Below the pieces are notes generated by a model that was not told the DNA's origin, did not search any database, and worked only from the letters and a program-made list of their open reading frames with translations. A DNA stretch of 34,334 nt from Chloroflexota bacterium (GTDB lineage Bacteria > Chloroflexota > Dormibacteria > CF-121). The stretch spans positions 1-34,334 of the forward strand of contig VBGO01000029.1 of assembly GCA_005882525.1 (NCBI GenBank). Direction: 5' to 3'. Each line of letters starts with the position of its first letter. Position 1 is the first letter of the stretch. Below, piece after piece: positions 1-8,138 of the stretch. A program made the translations under genes and the position numbers.

Positions 1-683
1 TCAGTGCCGCGTTCGCCTTGACCCTGTTCGTTCAGTACCGTGCCAAGCCGAGGTCGTACTTGCTGGCCTGGTCGCTGGCGCTGGCCATCTACGCCATCGC
101 GGCCGGCACCGAAGTGATCGGCGCGGCGGCCGGCTGGGATCCGCTGCTCTATCGCGCCTACTACTACTTTGGCGGCATCCTGGTCGTCGGCGTGCTGGCG
201 CTTGGCACCATCTACCTGCTGGCGCCTCGATTCGGGCGGACTGCGCTCCTGGTGCTGGTGGTGCTGGCGGGCATCGGCCTGGCCGGTACGGTGGGCGCCA
301 GCCTGCAGGTGGGCCTGCTGCAGACCCGCGAGGTGCCCTCCGTCGATACCATCCGCCTGGAACACGGCACCTTCAATGCCCTGGCCATCCTGATGGCCGC
401 GCTCCTGAACAGCGTCGGCAGCGTGATCCTGATCGGGGGCGCGCTCTGGTCGGCCTACGGGGCCTGGCGCAAGGGTGGCGCCCAGTCGCGGCTGCTGGCC
501 AACATCCTGATCGCGGTGGGCGCCTTCATCGTGGCCGGCGCCTCCACCCTCACCCGCCTGTTCCACGTCTACGAGCTCTTCTACGTCGGCCAGGCGATCG
601 GTGTGTTGGTGATCTTCGGTGGCTTCTTGGCGGCGCAGCGCTCGCCCCGACGCGCCAACCTCAACCCCGCACCCAGCCGCTGA
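1..683 (+). CDS. Multi-pass (about 7 TM) membrane protein of unknown function, probably 5'-truncated by the window edge
   Basis: The ORF 18..683 frame is open back to the window start (AGT GCC GCG TTC GCC TTG). It has a series of hydrophobic segments (LLAWSLALAIYAIA, YYFGGILVVGVLALG, LIGGALWS, ILIAVGAFIVAG) and ends at TGA 681-683. Confidence 0.75.
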   Translation, partial: SAAFALTLFVQYRAKPRSYLLAWSLALAIYAIAAGTEVIGAAAGWDPLLYRAYYYFGGILVVGVLALGTIYLLAPRFGRTALLVLVVLAGIGLAGTVGASLQVGLLQTREVPSVDTIRLEHGTFNALAILMAALLNSVGSVILIGGALWSAYGAWRKGGAQSRLLANILIAVGAFIVAGASTLTRLFHVYELFYVGQAIGVLVIFGGFLAAQRSPRRANLNPAPSR

Positions 684-863
684 GGGCGGTCACGGGCGAA
701 CCGAGGTTCGCAGGGACTAGCATTACCTAGCCGTTGAAGACGGCACAACCCATGACACACGCGGGTATTCATTGCACCTGGTGGGCATCGACCGACGGGC
801 AGCCTCCACCAGCAGCCGGCGACGGCCATGCGCCCGATCCGGATGCTCGAACAAGGAGGCAAC

Positions 864-2180
864 ATGAAACTCGTCAGGGAAATTCCCGACAGCGATAGCC
901 AGGAGGAGTGGTTGGCGCGCGAGCGCGCGCACCTCTCCCAGGTCCTCTACCGCTACACGCCGCTCGTCATCGATCGCGCCCAGGGCTCCTACCTCTACAC
1001 CGTCGAGGGACGCCGCTACCTCGATTTCGCCTCGGGCATCGCGGTCACCAACCTGGGGCACGGTCATCCCGTCGTGATCGAGGCGGCGAAGGCGCAGCTC
1101 GACAAGGTGGTCCACACCTCGGTGGTCGCGCATCATCAACCGGCGATCCAGCTCGCCGAGCGGATCGCGGCGCTGGCGCCCGGCAAGCTCGAGAAGGTGT
1201 TCTTCGCGAACAGCGGCGCCGAGGCCGTCGAGGGCGCCATCAAGCTGGCCCGCTACACTACCGGGCGCTCGGCGTTGATCGCCTTCCAGGGCGCCTTCCA
1301 CGGCCGCACCTATGGGGCATTGTCACTGACCGCGTCGAAGAGCTATTACCGGGAGCGCTACGAACCGTTCTTGCCGGGCGTGTACCACGTGCCCTACCCC
1401 TACCCGTACCGCAACCCAACCGGGCCCGGCGACGAGGCGACGCTCGAGTATGTCTTCAATTTCATCGACGAGATGCTGGACACGCGGGTGCCGCCGAAGA
1501 ACGTGGCCGCGTTCATCGTCGAGCCGGTGCTGGGCGAGGGGGGCTACGTCGTTCCTCCGTCGGGCTTCATGCCGCGGCTGCGCAAACTGTGCGATGAGCA
1601 CGGCATTCTGTTGATCGCCGATGAAGTTCAGTCCGGTTACGGACGGACCGGCAAGATGTTTGCCTGCGAGCACAGCGGGGTCGTGCCCGACATCATGACG
1701 CTGGCCAAGTCGATCGCCTCCGGGCTGCCGCTGAGCGCCGTGGTGGCCACCTCGAAGCTGATGGACCAGTGGGAGCCGGCCGCGCATGGGTCGACCTTTG
1801 GCGGAAACCCGGTTTCCTGCGCCGCCGGCATCGCGACGCTCGATGTCTTCAAGGCTGATGGCATCATTCAAAATTCGGCGAGCAAGGGCGCGGAGCTGAC
1901 CCGGCGCCTGCGTGATCTGCAGCAGCGGATGCCGGCCATCGGCGAGGTGCGCGGCCTCGGCCTGATGATCGGTGTCGAGCTGGTCAAGAAGGATGGCACC
2001 CCCGACAAGGAGCTGCAGAAGCAGATCCGGAAAGTCTGTCTCGATTCCGGGATGGTGGTGCTGAGCTGCGGCGCGCATGACAACGTGTTGCGGCTGGTGC
2101 CGCCGCTCAACCTTTCGCAAGCCGAGCTCGACGAGGGATGGGAGATCTTGAATGGCGCGTTTCAGGAGGTGGCGGCATGA
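864..2180 (+). CDS. Class-III PLP-dependent aminotransferase (4-aminobutyrate/acetylornithine aminotransferase family, GabT-like)
   Basis: Motifs YLDFASGIAVTNLGH, NSGAEAVE, FHGRT, EPVLGEGG, LIADEVQSGYGRTG, LAKS (PLP Lys), HGSTFGGNP. Strong SD AAGGAGG at 853-859 before ATG 864. Confidence 0.93.
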   Translation: MKLVREIPDSDSQEEWLARERAHLSQVLYRYTPLVIDRAQGSYLYTVEGRRYLDFASGIAVTNLGHGHPVVIEAAKAQLDKVVHTSVVAHHQPAIQLAERIAALAPGKLEKVFFANSGAEAVEGAIKLARYTTGRSALIAFQGAFHGRTYGALSLTASKSYYRERYEPFLPGVYHVPYPYPYRNPTGPGDEATLEYVFNFIDEMLDTRVPPKNVAAFIVEPVLGEGGYVVPPSGFMPRLRKLCDEHGILLIADEVQSGYGRTGKMFACEHSGVVPDIMTLAKSIASGLPLSAVVATSKLMDQWEPAAHGSTFGGNPVSCAAGIATLDVFKADGIIQNSASKGAELTRRLRDLQQRMPAIGEVRGLGLMIGVELVKKDGTPDKELQKQIRKVCLDSGMVVLSCGAHDNVLRLVPPLNLSQAELDEGWEILNGAFQEVAA

Positions 2181-3694
2181 GTCAGACGATGACGAGCCAA
2201 CGTGGGTCGATGACCGAGGCTAAGAGTTACAAGAACTACATCGGCGGGCGGTGGGTCGAGTCCAAAAGCGGGCATACCTTTACTTCGACCAACCCGGCGC
2301 ATAAAGATCAGGTGCTCGGCGTGATGCAGGCGTCAAACGCGGACGACGTGAATGCCGCCATCGAGGCGGCGGTCAAGGCCTTCCCGGGCTGGCGGCATAC
2401 GCCGGCGCCGGCCCGCGGCGAGATCGTCCTCAAGGCCGCCCTGATCATCGAGGCGCGCAAGGAGGAGCTGGCCAGGCTGATGACCCAGGAGATGGGCAAG
2501 GTCCTCAAAGAGGCGCGCGGCGACGTGCAGGAAGCGATCGACATGGGCAAGTACGCGGCCGGCCTGGGTCGTCATCCGCACGGCGAGACGGTGCCCTCCG
2601 AGCTAAAGAACAAGTGGTGCATGACGGTCCGCGTCCCCCTTGGGGTGGTGGCCTGCATCACGCCCTGGAACTTCCCGATGGCGATCCCCTCGTGGAAGAT
2701 CTTCCCGGCGGTGATGGCGGGCAACACGGTGGTCTTCAAGCCGGCCTCCGACACCCCGATCATCGCCACCAAATTGGTGGAAATCCTCGAGGAGGCAGGA
2801 TTGCCGGGCGGTGTCCTCAACCTCGTGACCGGCAGCGGCAAGGACGTCGGTGACGTGCTGGTCAACGACCCGCGGGTGCAGGGCATCTCGTTCACCGGCT
2901 CGACCGACGCGGGGCGGCACATCGCCGAAATCGCCGGCCGCAATCTGAAACGGCTGGGCCTCGAGCTGGGCGGCAAGAACGCGATCGTCGTCCTCGACGA
3001 TGCCGACCTGCCGCTGGCGGTCGACGGCGCGCTCTGGGCGGCCTTCGGGACTTCGGGTCAGCGCTGTACGGCCGCGTCGCGCCTGATCGTCGACAAGAAG
3101 GTCGCCAAGGATTTCATCGACCTGCTCCAGGAGCGGGCCGCCAAGATGAAGGTAGGCGACGGCCTGCAGCCCGACACCGACATGGGCCCGGTGATCAACG
3201 AAGCCGCGCTCAAGAAGGTCCACGAATACACCGAGATCGGGAAGAAAGAGCACGCCCGCCTGGTGCACGGCGGCGACTTCGCCGGGAGCGAGGGCTGGTT
3301 CTACCGGCCGACGATCTTCGCCGACGGGCAGAAGGACATGCGCATGGCGCAGGAGGAGATCTTCGGACCCTCGACGCTGGTGCTGCCGGTGAGCAACCTC
3401 GAGGAAGCGCTCGAGGTGGCCAACTCCACCCAGTACGGGCTCTCGATGTCGATCTACACCAACGACCTGCGCAAGGCGTTCCATGCGATGGAGGAGATGC
3501 AGTCCGGCATCGTCTACGTCAACGCGCCCACCATCGGGGCCGAGATCCAGCTGCCCTTCGGCGGCGTGAAGAACACCGGCAACGGCCATCGGGAGGCGGG
3601 TACCGTTGCGCTCGACGAGTTCACCGAGTGGAAGACGATCTACGTCGACTACAGCGGCCGGCTGCAGCGGGCGCAGATCGATACCGGGGAGTAA
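2177..3694 (+). CDS. NAD(P)-dependent aldehyde dehydrogenase
   Basis: Motifs ITPWNFP, FTGS, LELGGKN (catalytic Glu), GQRCTA (catalytic Cys), EEIFGP, PFGG. ATGA start/stop overlap with the aminotransferase and SD AGGAGG just upstream. Confidence 0.95.
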   Translation: MSQTMTSQRGSMTEAKSYKNYIGGRWVESKSGHTFTSTNPAHKDQVLGVMQASNADDVNAAIEAAVKAFPGWRHTPAPARGEIVLKAALIIEARKEELARLMTQEMGKVLKEARGDVQEAIDMGKYAAGLGRHPHGETVPSELKNKWCMTVRVPLGVVACITPWNFPMAIPSWKIFPAVMAGNTVVFKPASDTPIIATKLVEILEEAGLPGGVLNLVTGSGKDVGDVLVNDPRVQGISFTGSTDAGRHIAEIAGRNLKRLGLELGGKNAIVVLDDADLPLAVDGALWAAFGTSGQRCTAASRLIVDKKVAKDFIDLLQERAAKMKVGDGLQPDTDMGPVINEAALKKVHEYTEIGKKEHARLVHGGDFAGSEGWFYRPTIFADGQKDMRMAQEEIFGPSTLVLPVSNLEEALEVANSTQYGLSMSIYTNDLRKAFHAMEEMQSGIVYVNAPTIGAEIQLPFGGVKNTGNGHREAGTVALDEFTEWKTIYVDYSGRLQRAQIDTGE

Positions 3695-3707
3695 GGTCGC
3701 CGCGCTC

Positions 3708-4523
3708 ATCTCGCAGAACGTCCAGTTCATCGACGTCGGGCAGCGGAGGGTCCGGTACCTCGACCAGGGATCGGGCCACCCGCTGCTCCTGTGTCACGGC
3801 TTCATCGGCTCGCTGGAGAACTTCCATAGCTGGGGTCCCGCCTTCAGCGGCCACCGGCGCGTCCTGATCCCGGACCTCCCGGGCTGCGGCGAGACGCCGG
3901 CCGGGGAGCCGCCCTTCACAGTGGCCAGCCACGCCGAATTCCTTCGGGCGTTTGCCGAGCGGCTGGGCCTGGGCGAGCACGACGTCGGCGGCATCTGCCT
4001 GGGCGCCACCGTTGCCCTGGAGTACGCCTCCCGCGTCCGCGAGCAGATCAGCCGCCTCGTGCTGCACACCCCGATCTACTCGCCGCAGACGCTCCGGGTC
4101 GCCTTCAAGCGCCAGGTTCACGCCTTCACCAGCGGCCCGGTTTTCTGGTGTGTCGACCGGTTGCGCCGGAACCGGCTGGTGTCGGATCTCTACAAGCGCT
4201 TCCTGGTTGAAGGCCCTGGGGTTGATCCGTACGATGCGCAGGTGAATTTCGAGAACCAGCACCGCGCGGATGGTCGGGCGGCGCGGCAATGGCTGCGCGA
4301 CGGCATCACCCGGGACTATCGCGAGTTCCTCAAGGGCTGGCGCAAACCGGCGCTTGTCGTGGTGGCGGCGGACGATCGAACCGTCGACGTGGACGCCATC
4401 CGCAACCTGAAGGCGTTGATGCCACAGGCCGAGATTCGGGTCATCGAGTCCGCCGGTCACGGCTGGACGCCCACCCTGATCGCGGCGCAGGTGGAGGCGA
4501 TCACGGGATTCCTGGGGCGATGA
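3708..4523 (+). CDS. Alpha/beta-fold hydrolase with a G-x-C-x-G nucleophile elbow; start codon uncertain
   Basis: LLLCHGF oxyanion motif, PDLPGCG, GICLG elbow, AADDRTV (acid), AGHGW (His). The only canonical start before the domain is TTG 3606, inside the ALDH gene. ATC 3708 is my guess. Confidence 0.8.
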   Translation: MSQNVQFIDVGQRRVRYLDQGSGHPLLLCHGFIGSLENFHSWGPAFSGHRRVLIPDLPGCGETPAGEPPFTVASHAEFLRAFAERLGLGEHDVGGICLGATVALEYASRVREQISRLVLHTPIYSPQTLRVAFKRQVHAFTSGPVFWCVDRLRRNRLVSDLYKRFLVEGPGVDPYDAQVNFENQHRADGRAARQWLRDGITRDYREFLKGWRKPALVVVAADDRTVDVDAIRNLKALMPQAEIRVIESAGHGWTPTLIAAQVEAITGFLGR

Positions 4524-5431
4524 GCGAGCACGACTTCAATACGGCGGGCCTCAAGCCCTGGGCCGGGCTCAAGGCACCGGCGGCGGGCGAGCGGCCGGAC
4601 GCCCGCATCCTGGGCGTCCCGATGGAGCGCGGTTCACTCTACCGCCCAGGACAGGCAAAGGCCCCCGCCCACCTGCGAAAGGTCTCGGCGATCTTCGCCC
4701 CGGTCACCGAACGCGCCGAGCGGTTCGACAGCGTCACCGTCCAGGACGATGGCGACCTGACCCTGGTCGACGGCGACATGGGCGCAAACGTCGACGCGGT
4801 GGCCGACGAGATCGCCAGGACGCCGGCGGGCACGTTGCCGATCGTCCTGGGTGGCGATCACACGACCGTCAGTCCGACCCTGATCGCGCAGCAGCGACGA
4901 CTCAACGGCCGGCTCAGCATCCTCTATATCGATGCTCACCCGGACCTGAACGACGTCTCACGCCACACCCGCTGGTCGAACGGCTGCGCACTCCGCCGAG
5001 GCCTGGAGATGGGCGAGATCGACCCGAAAAAGGTCACGCTGCTCGGCTGCCGCGACTATGACTGGGAGGAGGTCGAGTACATTCGCAAGACCGGCATCAC
5101 GCTGATCCCGGCGGCGACCGCGCACGGCTGGACCGGGAACCAGCTGGCCGACGAGATCGGCTCGCGCATCGGGTCCGACGCCCTGCACATCTCGCTCGAC
5201 ATCGATTCCCTCGACCCGAGCTACGCGCCGGGGACGGGGGTCCCCGCCGCCGGCGGCCTGACCTCGCGGCAGCTCCTGGATTTCCTGCGCCAGCTGCGGG
5301 GTGTTCGGCTTGCCGGACTCGACGTCGACGAAGTCGCCCCGCCCTTGGATTACGGCCACATCACCAGCCTGGCGGCGCTGAAGTTCATCTTCGAGTTCCT
5401 CGGGATGGTGAAGCTCGGAAAGACGGGCTGA
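4520..5431 (+). CDS. Ureohydrolase (arginase/agmatinase/formiminoglutamase family)
   Basis: Metal-binding motifs GGDHT, DAHPD, SLDIDSLDPSYAPGTG, DEVAP. ATGA overlap with the hydrolase stop. Confidence 0.92.
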   Translation: MSEHDFNTAGLKPWAGLKAPAAGERPDARILGVPMERGSLYRPGQAKAPAHLRKVSAIFAPVTERAERFDSVTVQDDGDLTLVDGDMGANVDAVADEIARTPAGTLPIVLGGDHTTVSPTLIAQQRRLNGRLSILYIDAHPDLNDVSRHTRWSNGCALRRGLEMGEIDPKKVTLLGCRDYDWEEVEYIRKTGITLIPAATAHGWTGNQLADEIGSRIGSDALHISLDIDSLDPSYAPGTGVPAAGGLTSRQLLDFLRQLRGVRLAGLDVDEVAPPLDYGHITSLAALKFIFEFLGMVKLGKTG

Positions 5432-5453
5432 CGTCGTCATCGTCGGCGCCGGG

Positions 5454-6557
5454 GTGATGGGCTGCAGCCTCGCGTTTTACCTGTCACGAGCCGGCCGGTC
5501 GGTGACGGTCATCGACCGCGGCCGGATCGGCCAGGGCGCCACCGCGGCCTGCGCGGGCGGCATTCGTGCCCAGTTCTCGACCGAAATCAACATCCGGCTC
5601 GGAATCGAAGCCAAACGCCTCCTGGCACAGTTCGCGCAGGTTACTGGACAAACCGCGGACTTCCGTCCGGTCGGCTATCTCTTTCTTCTGACGACCGACG
5701 AGGAGCGCTCACGTTTCCACGACGCGCTCCAGGTACAGCGCCGGTGTGGCCTCGATGACGTCGTCGAGCTCGAGCCCGCCGAGGCGGGTGCCATGGTGGC
5801 GGGACTCCGCATGGACGACCTCAGCGGGGCGACCTTCTGTCCCAGTGATGGTCTGGCGGGGCCGAACGAAGTGACCTACGGATTCGCCAACGCGGCCCGG
5901 CGGCAGGGCGCCGTGATCTTGGAGAACGCCCCGGTCGAGGCGTTCCTGACGTCGGGAGGGAGCGTAAGCGGCGTTCGTACGTCCGCGGGCGAGATCGAGT
6001 GCCCGCAGACCGTCATCTGCGCCGGGCCGTGGTCAGCATCGGTAGGCGCGTTGCTCGGCCTGCAGCTACCGATCGTTCCCTCGCCGCGGCAGGTCTTCGT
6101 CAGCGAGCCCTTCGCCGGAATCCGTCGGCAAAGCCCGATGACGATCGACTTTCATACGTCCTTCTATTTCCATCCCGAAGGCGAGGGCGTGCTGTTCGGC
6201 ATGAGTGACCCGGCGACGCCGCCCGGCGATGACACCCGGGTGGACTGGTCGTTCCTCGACCGGATTACGTCGGTCGCCGAGCGGCGCTGGCCTCCGCTGC
6301 TCGATGCGCGCGTCAAGACCGCCTGGGCCGGGCTGTACGAGAACACCCCGGATTTTCAGCCGCTGATCGGGCCACTTCAGCCGGGACTCTGGATTGCGGC
6401 CGGGTTCTCCGGCCACGGCTTCATGATGGCGCCGGTGCTGGGCCGGTGGCTGGCGGTCTGGATGCTTGACGGTGCGCCGCCGGGTGATCTGGGCGCGTTC
6501 GCGCCATCGCGCTTTGCGGCCGGCGCCGCCGTCGAGCCCGAGCGGAACGTGGTGTAA
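5454..6557 (+). CDS. FAD-dependent oxidoreductase, DAO / sarcosine oxidase beta-subunit-like; homology begins at about 5430
   Basis: In-frame DVVIVGAGVMG dinucleotide-binding motif from 5430. Also GATAACAGGIRAQF, CAGPWS, WAGLYENTPD, GFSGHGFMMAP. Confidence 0.9.
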   Translation: MMGCSLAFYLSRAGRSVTVIDRGRIGQGATAACAGGIRAQFSTEINIRLGIEAKRLLAQFAQVTGQTADFRPVGYLFLLTTDEERSRFHDALQVQRRCGLDDVVELEPAEAGAMVAGLRMDDLSGATFCPSDGLAGPNEVTYGFANAARRQGAVILENAPVEAFLTSGGSVSGVRTSAGEIECPQTVICAGPWSASVGALLGLQLPIVPSPRQVFVSEPFAGIRRQSPMTIDFHTSFYFHPEGEGVLFGMSDPATPPGDDTRVDWSFLDRITSVAERRWPPLLDARVKTAWAGLYENTPDFQPLIGPLQPGLWIAAGFSGHGFMMAPVLGRWLAVWMLDGAPPGDLGAFAPSRFAAGAAVEPERNVV

Positions 6558-7432
6558 TGAGGCTCGCTTTGCGGCGTGGCGTCCTCCTCCTCGTCATCGG
6601 CGGCGCCTTGAGTGCCTGCACCGCGCCGGCGGTTTCGCTCCCGCTCTCGGAGCCGGCGGCGGCGGTGGTCGACGGGCACACCATCTCGATGAAGGCCTAC
6701 CAGGCCCGACTGGAGGTGAGCCGTCACCGCGATCCGTTTTCGGGGATCAAGGAGGCGATCCCCAGCCCGACCCCCGCGCAGCGGCTCGAGTCCTTCACCA
6801 TCGAGCAATTGGTGCGCGAGGAGATCGTCCGCCAGGAGGCGGAGAAGCGCCGCGTCGGTATCAGCGACCACGCCGTGCAGTCGCGCATCGACGCGCTCAA
6901 GGCGAAGGCGGGCCCGACGTCGTTCAACGCGGCCCTCAATCGCAACGGCTTCACGAGCGACAGCTTCCGTGCCTACCAGCGGGCCCTGTTGACCGAAGTC
7001 GCCCTCCTGCAGACGATGGCCAAGGACCGCGCCGGCTCGGCGGCGAAGGAGCTCAATGCCGGCGATGCATTTGCGACGGTGGCGGCCCGCTGGAGCGATG
7101 ACGGCGGCACTTCGGCCCGCGGTGGTGATGCCGGGTGGCTGCGGCCGGCCGAGATCCCGGAGCCGGCGCTGGCGACCGCCGTGCAATCGCTGGCGGCGGG
7201 AGGTGTGACCGGCATCATCCCGACCAACCGGGGCTACGTCATTGCCACCGTGCTCGAGCGTCGCAGCGACCAGCTGCACCTCGCCACCATCCTGGTCCTG
7301 GCGCCGGCGGTCGATCTCTTCAGTCCGCAGGGCACGCCGCCCTGGTTCACCAAGTTCATCGATGACCGGGCAGCCACCCTGCGCCAGGCGGGCCGGATCG
7401 AGCTCAAGGTCGGAAACCGTGGCAACGGGTGA
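6557..7432 (+). CDS. SurA/PrsA-like lipoprotein (SurA N-terminal domain plus divergent parvulin/PpiC domain)
   Basis: Lipobox LSAC after a basic and hydrophobic leader. AAVVDGHTI and QEAEKRRVGISD are SurA_N-like; FATVAARWSDD...RGGDAGW is a parvulin motif. TAATG overlap with the upstream gene. Confidence 0.8.
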   Translation: MRLALRRGVLLLVIGGALSACTAPAVSLPLSEPAAAVVDGHTISMKAYQARLEVSRHRDPFSGIKEAIPSPTPAQRLESFTIEQLVREEIVRQEAEKRRVGISDHAVQSRIDALKAKAGPTSFNAALNRNGFTSDSFRAYQRALLTEVALLQTMAKDRAGSAAKELNAGDAFATVAARWSDDGGTSARGGDAGWLRPAEIPEPALATAVQSLAAGGVTGIIPTNRGYVIATVLERRSDQLHLATILVLAPAVDLFSPQGTPPWFTKFIDDRAATLRQAGRIELKVGNRGNG

Positions 7433-8009
7433 GGCTGAACACTGGCGGGTTTTCATCGCCGTTGCATTGCCGCAAGCAGTACAAGACGAGCTCCGAAAAC
7501 CGCTCGAGGATCTCCAGGCGATGTCGACCTGGGTCCGTGCGAACGCGGCCGATCGCATTCATCTCACGCTTCACTTTCTCGGAAACGTCGATGCCGCCCG
7601 GAAAGACGCGCTGGTCGAAACCATCCACCCGGTGGTCGCGGCCTATCGCGGGTTCGCGCTGACGGTCGAGGGGGTCGGTGCTTTTCCCGACCGCAAGCGT
7701 CCGAAGGTCCTCTGGGCTGGCATCAAGGGTAGTGGCTTAGCCGAGCTGATCCGGCTGCAGCCCGAGATCGGCAGCGCACTGCTCCGAGTTGGCGTCGAGG
7801 TCGAGCCGCGATTTACGCCGCATCTAACGCTCGGTCGGGTGCGCAGCCCGTTGCGGCGAGAGGGAAGTCGGGCGTTCGACGACTGGTACCGACGCTGGCA
7901 ATCGGCGACGTTCGGTGAGTTCATGGTCGACAGCGTCCAGCTGATGCGCAGTCAGCTCGGCACCGGCCCGCCTCGATATACCACGCTGGCGACCTTCCCC
8001 TTACAATAG
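7419..8009 (+). CDS. thpR: RNA 2',3'-cyclic phosphodiesterase (2H phosphoesterase, LigT/ThpR)
   Basis: RVFIAV N-terminus, two HxT motifs (IHLTLHFLG, PHLTLGR), GAFP..PKVLWAG, LMRSQL..PRY. GTG start at 7419. Confidence 0.92.
   Translation: MATGEAEHWRVFIAVALPQAVQDELRKPLEDLQAMSTWVRANAADRIHLTLHFLGNVDAARKDALVETIHPVVAAYRGFALTVEGVGAFPDRKRPKVLWAGIKGSGLAELIRLQPEIGSALLRVGVEVEPRFTPHLTLGRVRSPLRREGSRAFDDWYRRWQSATFGEFMVDSVQLMRSQLGTGPPRYTTLATFPLQ
8002..8007 (+). promoter_or_regulatory. Putative -10 box (TACAAT) for tRNA-Arg, embedded in the last codons of thpR
   Basis: TACAAT ends 16 nt upstream of the tRNA 5' end. No clear -35. Confidence 0.5.
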
Positions 8010-8023
8010 GGCCTCTCCGCGAT

Positions 8024-8097
8024 GCGCCCATAGCTCAGCCTGGATAGAGCACCGGGCTACGGACCCGGGTGCGGGGGTTCAAATCCTCCTGGGCGCA
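8024..8097 (+). tRNA. tRNA-Arg (anticodon ACG), CCA not encoded
   Basis: Acceptor GCGCCCA/TGGGCGC, D arm GCTC...GAGC, anticodon arm CCGGG-CTACGGA-CCCGG (ACG 8059-8061), T arm GGGGG-TTCAAAT-CCTCC. Confidence 0.96.
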
Positions 8098-8138
8098 TTT
8101 TTTCTCGCGGCGGCGGACCGCGCTTATGATTCGTCGCG

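Noticed and set aside
741-756. Sigma54 promoter (GGCAC...) upstream of the aminotransferase; likewise TGGCAC near 32790 on the minus strand
   Set aside because: The -12 GC dinucleotide is absent at the required spacing in both cases.
5409-5411. TGA recoding (Trp/Gly/Sec) to explain the in-frame stops at 5409 and 32730
   Set aside because: TGA is the genuine stop of many intact genes here (aminotransferase, tig, clpP, obg, rsfS), and no core gene contains an internal TGA.
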